A stretch of DNA of 64,000 nt from NCBI GenBank assembly GCA_963809535.1, contig CAWEJW010000001.1, positions 553,354-617,353 on the forward strand. Reading direction: 5' to 3'. Shown here piece after piece: positions 9,806 through 16,964 of this stretch (position 1 is its first letter; each line of letters opens with the position of its first letter). The notes beneath the pieces were generated by a model. The model was given only the letters and a program-made list of their open reading frames with translations. It was not told where the DNA came from and made no database searches. The position numbers and the translations under genes were made by a program. This DNA is from an uncultured Actinomycetes bacterium. Its GTDB lineage: Bacteria > Actinomycetota > Coriobacteriia > Anaerosomatales > CAVRZR01.

Positions 9806-9870
9806 CGTCGGCGACTGCTGCAGGCCCACCGGGTTCGTCCTGACCGCTGCACAAAGTCGACACGTTACGC
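9806..9870 (+). repeat. possible heterologous attC of the arr cassette
   Basis: Imperfect palindrome GTCGGCGACTGCTGCAGG...CCTGACCGCTGCACAAAGTCGAC ending in CACGTTACGC (GTTACGC at 9864-9870). It lacks the AAGCGCATCGAGCGG signature of the other sites. Confidence 0.3.
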
Positions 9871-9880
9871 GCATACCGGT

Positions 9881-9982
9881 GCCTGACCAGCGCATCGAGC
9901 GGACGCCGAGCGGTAGAATCAACCAGTTGTCGGCTGTATCGTGAATCCGAATTACCAGGTGTTGCGCTGGCGCGAGTTGCCT
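9881..9982 (+). repeat. attC-like site with atypical 3' arm
   Basis: GCCTGACCAGCGCATCGAGCGG...GGTAGAATCA...TGCGCTGG...GTTGCCT. The 5' arm and loop match the family; the 3' arm is divergent. Confidence 0.45.
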
Positions 9983-10006
9983 ACGTCATCCAGTCGTCGG
10001 TGAGTC

Positions 10007-10084
10007 GCCTAACAGGCGCTTCCAGCGGGCTGCGCTTGCCGCTGAAGCCGGAGATGCTAGCGCCCTGCTCGGCGGCGGTTCGCG
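10007..10084 (+). repeat. attC-like site
   Basis: GCCTAACAGGCGCTTCCAGCGG pairs with CCGCTGAAGC, leaving one unpaired C. Ends at GTTCGCG (10078-10084). Confidence 0.45.
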
Positions 10085-10471
10085 CTAGTCGGCGTAGTCG
10101 TCTTGTACCTGCCCCGCCGGAACGAACAGGGGCCTGACCTCGACGCCGCCATCGCGGTTGGTCGGGTGGAGCTTGGCAACCTGCACCGCCACGTCGATAT
10201 TGGGTGCCGCCACCACGTAGAACGCGGAGACAACCAGGTCCGACTCCACGAGCGTTCCGCTTCGTACCGTGTCGCCTTGGACGGCCATCGCGGTCGTACT
10301 CGGGTCGAAGGCGAATCCCCGCTGCTTGGGGAAGTAGGTGCCACCTAGTATCTTGCCGCCGAGCGCTTTGGCTTGTGCAGGGTAGTCGTCGAGCAACCCC
10401 ACATGCTCCGCGGTGAATGCCATGGGGTCTGCAGGTGCCGGCGAGTAGACAACCATTCCGTACTGAGGCAT
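10085..10471 (-). CDS. YciI-like (YCII domain) protein
   Basis: 128 aa. Layout YGMVVY....ALGGKILGG....VVSAFYVVAAPNIDVAVQVAKLHP...GGVEVRPLF resembles YCII-domain proteins. It is the single ORF of one attC-bounded unit, on the reverse strand. Confidence 0.55.
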   Translation of the reverse strand: MPQYGMVVYSPAPADPMAFTAEHVGLLDDYPAQAKALGGKILGGTYFPKQRGFAFDPSTTAMAVQGDTVRSGTLVESDLVVSAFYVVAAPNIDVAVQVAKLHPTNRDGGVEVRPLFVPAGQVQDDYAD

Positions 10472-10523
10472 CGGGTGCTCCCTTCAATTGGAGTTGGGCC
10501 GTATGTCTCCACTGTTGCCGCCG

Positions 10524-10604
10524 CGCTAACAAGCGCATCGAGCGGACGCCGCGAGCTACATGTCCCGATGCGTCTGAGCGCCGCTCACGCGCACACCGTA
10601 GCTT
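10524..10604 (+). repeat. attC-like site
   Basis: CGCTAACAAGCGCATCGAGCGGACGCC...GAGCGCCGCTCACGCGCACACCGTAGCT. Confidence 0.7.
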
Positions 10605-10837
10605 GAGTCCCGCACCCCCTTGATTCCGCTACCCGCTTTGATCGTCCTGCAGCGGCCATCTACCCCCAGCCCGAACCGGGCCACCACCTGGTTCGAGAGG
10701 CGCTCGATGCGCCAGCCCTGCTCCAGACGGCGTGGAACGACCCCACCCTGCACAGCCTTTCGGGGCCTCACCGCTGGTTCATGCTCAGGCACGCCTGCGG
10801 TGCGCGCCCAGCGCCAGCACCCCCGCTCAACGCTCTA

Positions 10838-11599
10838 CTAGGAGATCCTGCGGCGGTAGATGACCATGGCGACGATGTACGCGACGATGAGGAGGCCGAC
10901 ACACCAGGCAAGGGCGATCCAGATGTCGGTGCCGACCGGCTGCTGCGTGAGCAGGTCGCGGATCGCGTTGACGATGGACGTCACCGGCTGGTTCTCGGCG
11001 AAGGCGCGCACCGGGCCGGGCATGGTGTCGGTGGGCACGAATGCCGAGCTGATGAACGGCAGGAAGATGAGCGGGTAAGAGAACACGACCGCGCCGTCCG
11101 CGGTCTTGGCGGAGAGACCGGGGATCACGGCGAGCCACGTCAACGCCAGGGTGAACAGGATCAGGATGCCGGCGACCGCGAGCCACGCCAGCACGTCCGC
11201 CCCCGAGCGGAAGCCCATGAGTAGGGCGACGAGCACGACGACCACGAGCGACATCAGAATGGCGACCAGCGAGGTCAGCACATGCGCCCACAGCACGGAC
11301 GACCGTGCGATCGGCATGGAGTGGAATCGGTCGAAGATGCCGCTGTTCATATCCAGGAAGAGCCGGAATGCGGTGTAGGAGACGCCCGAGGCAACCGTGA
11401 TGAGCAGAATGCCGGGCAGCAGGTAGTTCACGTAAGAAGCCGACCCTGAGTTGATCGCGCCGCCGAACACGAAGACGAACAGCAGCATGAAGGCGATGGG
11501 CATGATCGTGGTCGTGATGATGGTGTCCAAGCTGCGCGTGATGTGGCGCAGGGATCGTCCCGTCAGGACGGCGGTGTCGCCGAAGAAATGCGTGGTCAT
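10838..11599 (-). CDS. ABC-2 type transporter permease
   Basis: 253 aa with six predicted hydrophobic segments. N-terminus LTGRSLRHITRSLDTIITTTIMPIAFMLLF is typical of ABC-2/DrrB-like permeases. Immediately downstream of the ATPase gene. Confidence 0.8.
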   Translation of the reverse strand: MTTHFFGDTAVLTGRSLRHITRSLDTIITTTIMPIAFMLLFVFVFGGAINSGSASYVNYLLPGILLITVASGVSYTAFRLFLDMNSGIFDRFHSMPIARSSVLWAHVLTSLVAILMSLVVVVLVALLMGFRSGADVLAWLAVAGILILFTLALTWLAVIPGLSAKTADGAVVFSYPLIFLPFISSAFVPTDTMPGPVRAFAENQPVTSIVNAIRDLLTQQPVGTDIWIALAWCVGLLIVAYIVAMVIYRRRIS

Positions 11600-11608
11600 C
11601 GTTGTTCC

Positions 11609-12412
11609 TTACTCGTCCGTGCCGACACTGCGGTCATTGCCGGCGTCGCCGCCCTTGCCGTCGTCACCGACGATGGCAAGGAAGACGTCCTCGAGGGTCG
11701 GCTGCTTCTCGACGTATTCGACCTTGGCGGGCGGGAGCAGCAGCTTGAGTCCGGCAAGGGTGTCGTTCACGATGATCCGGCCCCCATGGAGGATCGCGAT
11801 CCGGTCGGCGAGTTGTTCGGCCTCGTCGAGATCCTGCGTTGTGAGCAGTACCGTCGTGCCGTGCTCGGCGAGCTCCTTGACGGTCTGCCACACCTCGATG
11901 CGCGCCTGGGGGTCGAGCCCGGTCGTCGGCTCGTCGAGAAAGATGACCTGCGGATTCCCGATGAGGCTCATCGCGATGTCGAGGCGGCGACGCATGCCGC
12001 CCGAATACGTCGACACCTTCCGCACTGCCGCGTCGGTCAGCGAGAAACGATGGAGCAGGTCATCCGCGATGTTGCCCGGGTCCTTGAGGTGCCGCAACCG
12101 GGCGACCAGCACGAGGTTCTCCCGCCCGGAGAGGACTTCGTCGACGGCCGCGAACTGTCCGGTGAGGCTGATGGACTCCCGCACGTCCGCAGCCTGCGTG
12201 GCGACATCGAAGCCGTTGACACTGGCAGTCCCTGCGTCGGCCTTGAGCAGAGTACACAGGATATTCACCACCGTGGTCTTGCCCGCCCCGTTCGCACCGA
12301 GCAGGGCGAAGATGCTGCCCCGCGCGACGTCGAAGTCCACGCCGCGCAGCACCTTCAGTTCCTTGTACGACTTCTCCAGGCCCTGCACGTGGATCGCGGG
12401 TGCGGCAGTCAT
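11609..12412 (-). CDS. ABC transporter ATP-binding protein (DrrA-like)
   Basis: Start at MTAAPAIHVQGLEKSY. Walker A GANGAGKTT, signature YSGGMRRRL and Walker B VIFLDEPTTGLD. ATGA overlap with the upstream DUF1048 stop. Confidence 0.9.
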   Translation of the reverse strand: MTAAPAIHVQGLEKSYKELKVLRGVDFDVARGSIFALLGANGAGKTTVVNILCTLLKADAGTASVNGFDVATQAADVRESISLTGQFAAVDEVLSGRENLVLVARLRHLKDPGNIADDLLHRFSLTDAAVRKVSTYSGGMRRRLDIAMSLIGNPQVIFLDEPTTGLDPQARIEVWQTVKELAEHGTTVLLTTQDLDEAEQLADRIAILHGGRIIVNDTLAGLKLLLPPAKVEYVEKQPTLEDVFLAIVGDDGKGGDAGNDRSVGTDE

Positions 12413-12786
12413 TCCCGCTCCCCTCGCTCTGCGTCCTCGATGGCCTTGGTCAGGCGGGCGCGTTCCTTGTCGATCCAATGCTTGCCGGTGTAGGCCTGGG
12501 CGAAGGTCTCGGCGAACTCGACCGGGTCGTCCCCGACGATCGCGCGCACCGGTGTCCCGTCGGCGGCAGCGCGCTCCCAGAGCTCGGCGAAGTCGTCGAA
12601 CATCTTGAGAGCAGTCTCGCCTTCGGTGGTGACGCCCCCGTAGTACATGAAGTATCGCTGCAGAGCCTTCGCGACAGCGTCATACGGCTCGGGAAGGGCA
12701 TCAATGCGGGCCCTGTACTGCTTGTACTGCCTCTTCTGCTCGAGCGAACCAGTGACGGTCTCGATCCACTTGGCGGCCATGATCAC
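12409..12786 (-). CDS. DUF1048 domain protein (PadR-operon accessory protein)
   Basis: 125 aa. KQYKQYRARIDALPEPY......LQRYFMY is typical of DUF1048 proteins encoded next to PadR regulators. Confidence 0.7.
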   Translation of the reverse strand: MIMAAKWIETVTGSLEQKRQYKQYRARIDALPEPYDAVAKALQRYFMYYGGVTTEGETALKMFDDFAELWERAAADGTPVRAIVGDDPVEFAETFAQAYTGKHWIDKERARLTKAIEDAERGERE

Positions 12787-13100
12787 TTGCCCCCTTCATT
12801 GAGCTGTTCCAGTCGTTGCGCGAGGAAGCTCCACGTCTTCCAGAACTCCTTGAGGTACTCCTGTCCCTGAACGTTGAGCGAATACACTTTGCGCGGCGGG
12901 CCCTTCTCGGACGGGTGCTTCTCCACACCGACGAGGCCTATTTGCTCGATCCTGACGAGCAGCGCGTAGACAGTGCCCTCGGCAATGTCGGAGAAACCCA
13001 TCTCCCGCAACCGCGCCGTGATCTCGTAGCCGTACGCAGGCCGTTCGGACAGGATCGCGAGGACGATGCCCTCGAGGGTGCCCTTGAGCATTTCTGTCAT
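12783..13100 (-). CDS. PadR-family transcriptional regulator
   Basis: MTEMLKGTLEGIVLAILSERPAYGYEITARLREMGFSDIAEGTVYALLVRIEQIGLV...PPRKVYSLN.QG is the canonical PadR wHTH. Start chosen at the internal ATG (13100) of ORF 12783..13157. Confidence 0.85.
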   Translation of the reverse strand: MTEMLKGTLEGIVLAILSERPAYGYEITARLREMGFSDIAEGTVYALLVRIEQIGLVGVEKHPSEKGPPRKVYSLNVQGQEYLKEFWKTWSFLAQRLEQLNEGGK

Positions 13101-13239
13101 CTGCTTGCCCACGGAGCACCACCTCGGTCTACTGAGCACTACTAGGTACTGGTACATAGTAACACAGAGTAGTCGCGATGCAAGTCCGACCCATGGCGGG
13201 AGATTGCGGGGTGACAGGGTCCGGGGATCCGGCAGACCA

Positions 13240-13326
13240 AGCTAACAAGCGCTTCGAGCCGACGTCGCGAGCGCGTGTGCTGTCGCCGGAAGCGATTGAG
13301 CGCCGCTCAAACGCACCACGTTCGAT
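13240..13326 (+). repeat. attC-like site
   Basis: AGCTAACAAGCGCTTCGAGCCGACG...GAGCGCCGCTCAAACGCACCACGTTCGAT. Confidence 0.7.
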
Positions 13327-13371
13327 GCACCGAGCTGAGCGGCCTGGCACTACTTCTCGTGCCGGCCCGCT

Positions 13372-13836
13372 TTAGTATTCGCCCTTGATCACAAAGTATG
13401 AACCGCGAATCGTCCCGGCCAGTTTGGACTTCTGCCTGACGAACTTGAACTTCGCCTCCAGCTCGCTGGGCACTTCCATCCCGTCTGAGAGCTTGAAGCC
13501 AACAGCTCGCTTCTTGGGGTCATCGATCGCATACATGACGTTGACCGAAAGGCCGTTCTCATAGAAGACGTAGGCGATTCTGAGGTTCTCCACCTGAAAG
13601 CGTGACGTCTCCAGAGGTTTGGCAGCAAACTCAATATCGCGTTCTTCCTTGAGGATTCGGTTCACGTAGTCCAGCGTGTCGCGGCTTTCGCTTGCCGCCG
13701 TGACCGTGAACTCATGCTTGTACTTGTTCATGAAGTACCGGGCTTCATTGGCACGCAGACCAGCAAGCGCTCCAGCTACGGGTGAAGTCTCCAGACCAAC
13801 CGTAGAGACGTTCTCGAAATCAACGATCTCGGACAT
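13372..13836 (-). CDS. hypothetical protein (orphan cassette ORF)
   Basis: 154-aa uninterrupted ORF, visibly more AT-rich than its flanks, with K/E/F/Y-rich composition. No family recognised. Sole ORF between two attC-like sites. Confidence 0.55.
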   Translation of the reverse strand: MSEIVDFENVSTVGLETSPVAGALAGLRANEARYFMNKYKHEFTVTAASESRDTLDYVNRILKEERDIEFAAKPLETSRFQVENLRIAYVFYENGLSVNVMYAIDDPKKRAVGFKLSDGMEVPSELEAKFKFVRQKSKLAGTIRGSYFVIKGEY

Positions 13837-13951
13837 CCGTCTCGCTCCCTCTCTCCATTCTTCACGGAATCGAGTAGCTCTTACCCGATGTCAGATGATG
13901 ACGAACCGGCCACATTGAGAGCGAGCAATCTACACGGCCCGACTCGTGGGC

Positions 13952-14034
13952 GTCGAACAAGCGCATCGAGCGGGCAGCGTCAGGCACATTCGTCCCGACG
14001 TGCCGGACCGCCGCTCATGCGCACGACGTTGGGC
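13952..14034 (+). repeat. attC-like site
   Basis: GTCGAACAAGCGCATCGAGCGGGCAGCG...GGACCGCCGCTCATGCGCACGACGTTGGGC. Confidence 0.75.
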
Positions 14035-14099
14035 CTAGCCCGGGAATCCGCTGGTGGGAAGCGAGAGCGCCCCCCTCGGGGTGTTCAGTGCTCCTGCCC

Positions 14100-14813
14100 T
14101 CAGCAGCGCACCGCCCGGCGCTTGAAGCCGATCCTGCCCTTCTCCGCAGCTTTGCGAATCTGTTCGGCAGCACTGCCCAAAGGCTTGACTCTGCCGTTCG
14201 AGACTACCTCCACCGCCCCTATGTCGTCAGCAGTCTTCAGCGCCTCATCATGCAGCGGCTGATACGACACGCCAACGGCGACGATGAAGTTGCTCATGGC
14301 GTGCTTTAGGCGGGGTGATGCCGCGTGGATGGTCGCGGCAGCGAGTTCCAGCAACTCACCGACAGTCTCAGGTTCAAAGTAACTGTCCGGTCGCCACCCC
14401 AGCAGCCATTCGTAACATGCCCAGCCGGCGGATGCCCTGTTCTCTTCGCCACTGCGGATCCACCGGTTAGCCACTCTCTGGGCAAAGTCGGACTCAGCAA
14501 GCGTCACCGCGACTACAAAGTCCGAGAGCATCGCAGAATAGGCGCCATCTATCCAGCGTTCAAAACTTGCCTCAGTCATCACGCGGACATCTGCGATCAT
14601 TCCGGCGAAATACATTGCGTCATAGTTGCCGCTGTCCCACAGCTTCTCTGCGAGCGCTTGGTCCACGCCAATCTGCTTCTTGAGCGGCTTCATCGCACCC
14701 GTCGCTACGCCAAAGAGCGGCTCCCTGACTCCCCTCGACAGGTAGCTCTTCTTGGTACGCGCGGTGCCGAGGGATTCCAACTCGCACATAACCGAATCGA
14801 AGTCCAGGAACAT
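14100..14813 (-). CDS. DNA alkylation repair protein (AlkD-like HEAT-repeat family)
   Basis: 237 aa. LESLGTARTKKSYLSRGVREPLFGVATGAMKPLKKQIG.DQALAEKLWDSGNYDAMYFAGMIAD resembles the pfam DNA_alkylation family. Confidence 0.65.
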   Translation of the reverse strand: MFLDFDSVMCELESLGTARTKKSYLSRGVREPLFGVATGAMKPLKKQIGVDQALAEKLWDSGNYDAMYFAGMIADVRVMTEASFERWIDGAYSAMLSDFVVAVTLAESDFAQRVANRWIRSGEENRASAGWACYEWLLGWRPDSYFEPETVGELLELAAATIHAASPRLKHAMSNFIVAVGVSYQPLHDEALKTADDIGAVEVVSNGRVKPLGSAAEQIRKAAEKGRIGFKRRAVRC

Positions 14814-14897
14814 GGCACCTCATTTCAAACGCAGGCATTGATGTCAGGCTCACATTGTATGGCTAGCTCGTCGGCCCGCTTGGGGACTCGTGGACAG

Positions 14898-14981
14898 GCT
14901 TAACAAGCGCATCGAGCGGAAACCGCACGGTTAGAATCATCCCACGGCGCGTGAGCGCCGCCCGTGCGCACCACGTTAGGC
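14898..14981 (+). repeat. attC-like site (best-preserved copy)
   Basis: GCTTAACAAGCGCATCGAGCGGAAACCGCACGGTTAGAATCATCCCACGGCGCGTGAGCGCCGCCCGTGCGCACCACGTTAGGC. The terminal GCTTAAC / GTTAGGC are near-complementary. Confidence 0.8.
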
Positions 14982-14987
14982 GGATAC

Positions 14988-15563
14988 GTGAGAGACGTTG
15001 TCTACATCGCATCGATCTCGGTCGACGGGTTCCTCGGAGCCGAAGACGCGGACAACGCATGGGTCGTCCCAGACCCGGAGTTGCATCGACACTTCAACAC
15101 TCTCGAAGGTTCGTTCGATACGCATCTGTACGGTCGCCGCATGTATGAGCTGATGGCGCAATACTGGCCCGCCGCAGACGAACTGCCTGACGCCCCTGAC
15201 TACGTGGTTGAATACGCTCGAATCTGGAGAGCGATGCCCAAGGTCGTGTTCTCCAAGTCGCTTCATCAGGTCGAATGGAACTCCCGCTTGTTCGCTGGCG
15301 ACGCCGTCGGGGAGGTGGCGCGGCTCAAGACTGAGCACGGTGCATCCATGAGTGTCGGCGGGGCCGCTCTGGCAACATCGCTGGCGCAGCACGGATTGAT
15401 CGACGAGTTCCGCTTCTATGTGATGCCGACCGTCGTCGGATCGGGGACACCCATCTTCGGCGCGTTGGGTCGGCACATCGATCTCACCACCGCCGAGGTC
15501 CGGCAGTTCAGCTCAGGCGCTGTCCTGCTCAGGTACCGCGCGCAATCGTCCGTTACCGCCTGA
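14988..15563 (+). CDS. dihydrofolate reductase family protein (RibD C-terminal domain type)
   Basis: VVYIASISVDGF......LHRHFN.....DT.LYGRRMYELMAQYWP.A.....APDYVVEYARIW..MPKVVFS..L..VEWNSRL..GDAV.EV.RLK. GTG 14988 lies 7 nt after GTTAGGC; the TGA stop lies inside the next GCCTGAC. Confidence 0.75.
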   Translation: MRDVVYIASISVDGFLGAEDADNAWVVPDPELHRHFNTLEGSFDTHLYGRRMYELMAQYWPAADELPDAPDYVVEYARIWRAMPKVVFSKSLHQVEWNSRLFAGDAVGEVARLKTEHGASMSVGGAALATSLAQHGLIDEFRFYVMPTVVGSGTPIFGALGRHIDLTTAEVRQFSSGAVLLRYRAQSSVTA

Positions 15564-15638
15564 CAATGGCATCGAGCGGGCGGCGCCAGCGCTAGACTCA
15601 TGAGGCATGGGCCGCCGCTCATGCCAAGCACGTTAAGC
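15558..15638 (+). repeat. attC-like site
   Basis: GCCTGACAATGGCATCGAGCGGGCGGCGCCAGCGCTAGACTCATGAGGCATGGGCCGCCGCTCATGCCAAGCACGTTAAGC. Confidence 0.75.
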
Positions 15639-15691
15639 GTCCTTGCAGAACCGTTCGCGGCCCCGCAAGGACCGCCGTCCTTGGGAGAACA

Positions 15692-16258
15692 ATGGCCGAT
15701 CACGAGTCCAGATACTTCACGCTGAGCCTGGAGTCGCTCAGGGCCATTGCAGGCTGGGCTGCGGATTGTGCTGAGAGAGCGCTGTCGGTGTATGAGACGC
15801 ACGCCGATTCAGACTCACGGCCCCGTGCGGCGATCGAGGGCATCCGGGAGTTCGCGGGTGGCGCAAAGCGCATGGCTCGGTTGCGTTCCCTTGCTTGTGA
15901 GGCGAATGCCGCTGCGCGTGAGGTCGGCGATCCTGCTGCAGCGGCCGCTGCTCGCGCGGCGGGCCTTGCGGCGGCCAGTGCCTACACGCATCCCCTAGCG
16001 GATGTCCATCAAACGAAGCACATTGTCGGTCCAGCGGCCTATGCCGCACTGGCTCTTGAGCTCGACCACGATGGCGATCCGAGTGTCGCCGAGGGCGAGG
16101 TCCGCTGGGCAATCAAGCACGCCCCCTCTGAAGCGCGGGAGGTCTTGCTCCAGATGCCCGCTCGTCAAGCCGGCGAGAGTCGGTTGGACACGATCCTCTA
16201 TGAGCTGGATGCGGGCATCCGGGTTCGGAACTTGCCGCAAGACGCCCAAACACGTTAG
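15692..16258 (+). CDS. hypothetical alanine-rich helical protein (possibly immunity-protein-like)
   Basis: 188-aa ORF starting 54 nt after GTTAAGC. All-helical Ala-rich composition; family assignment is not secure. Confidence 0.55.
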   Translation: MADHESRYFTLSLESLRAIAGWAADCAERALSVYETHADSDSRPRAAIEGIREFAGGAKRMARLRSLACEANAAAREVGDPAAAAAARAAGLAAASAYTHPLADVHQTKHIVGPAAYAALALELDHDGDPSVAEGEVRWAIKHAPSEAREVLLQMPARQAGESRLDTILYELDAGIRVRNLPQDAQTR

Positions 16259-16260
16259 CC
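16220..16260 (+). repeat. degenerate attC 3' arm / R' core
   Basis: ...GCCGCAAGACGCCCAAACACGTTAGCC matches only the conserved 3' end (..AACACGTTAGGC) of the family. No clear 5' arm. Overlaps the stop of the preceding ORF. Confidence 0.3.
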
Positions 16261-16416
16261 ACACCCGAGCGCGAGGATGGGCAGGATCTCGTTCTCGTGC
16301 TGAGTGCGCTCATAGGCCTGCGCGCTCTGCAGGACGGCTGACGCACGGCCACGCTGAGTGATGATGAAATGCGGCCGGCATCATTAAGCGCGCGGCGGTA
16401 TCGGATGAGCCGATAG
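16261..16416 (+). pseudogene. Phd/YefM-type antitoxin remnant (N-terminally truncated, internal TGA)
   Basis: Frame reads TPEREDGQDLVLVLSALIGLRALQDG*RTATLSDDEMRPASLSARRYRMSR*, ending 3 nt before parE. It resembles the ..VVLVSAEEYE.L.ETLELLSDPE... C-terminal half of Phd/YefM. No start codon. Confidence 0.4.
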
Positions 16417-16419
16417 CTC

Positions 16420-16722
16420 GTGCGGGTCTGCTTCGTCCCACAGGCGCGCACCCAGTACCTCGCATCGCTGCGCTACGTGCGCACGCAGAGTCCTGCGGCG
16501 GCAGAAGCCATCCAGTTCCGCTCAGAGGCCGCCGTATGTCGGCTCCGCGCGCACTTTCGCTCGGGGCACTCGATCCCGGAGTTCGTTGACCTGCCGCACC
16601 TCGAGGTGCCGGTGGAACCCTACCGATTCTTCTACCGCGTCGCAGAGGAAGCCGCGTGGATCGTCGGCGTCTGGCATGCCCGTCAGTTGCCGGAGAGCCC
16701 GGACTCCCCGCTGCGTGGCTAG
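16420..16722 (+). CDS. parE: ParE/RelE-family type II toxin
   Basis: 100 aa. Has F.P.A...Y......Y....SP.AA..I......A...L...P.....IPEF.....E.PV.PYRFFYRV......IVGVWHARQ, the typical ParE layout. Confidence 0.7.
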   Translation: MRVCFVPQARTQYLASLRYVRTQSPAAAEAIQFRSEAAVCRLRAHFRSGHSIPEFVDLPHLEVPVEPYRFFYRVAEEAAWIVGVWHARQLPESPDSPLRG

Positions 16723-16845
16723 CCGGCGCTTCGACCTGATAACCTCGGCAAGACAGCTGCGCTCCTTTCGACTGAACCTCGCGCTCGGTTTCGCATACGT
16801 GACGACGGCGGACACGATCGTCGCACGGCTGACCACTCAGTCGTC

Positions 16846-16908
16846 GCCTAACAGCGCCATCCCGCCGGACGGCGCATCGCATCGCCGCTGATGCCGCACA
16901 GGCTAGGC
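16846..16908 (+). repeat. short attC-like site
   Basis: GCCTAACAGCGCCATCCCGCCGGACGGCGCATCGCATCGCCGCTGATGCCGCACAGGCTAGGC. Confidence 0.55.
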
Positions 16909-16964
16909 GACGGCAACGGGGGCGTAAGATTGAGTTGTCTCCTCGAAGCGGTTTCGTGTCTCCG

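Noticed and set aside
10556-10792. 78-aa minus-strand ORF between an attC site and the ABC permease
   Set aside because: It overlaps an attC-like site and an inverted attC fragment. No start context or family similarity, so it is likely non-coding cassette spacer.
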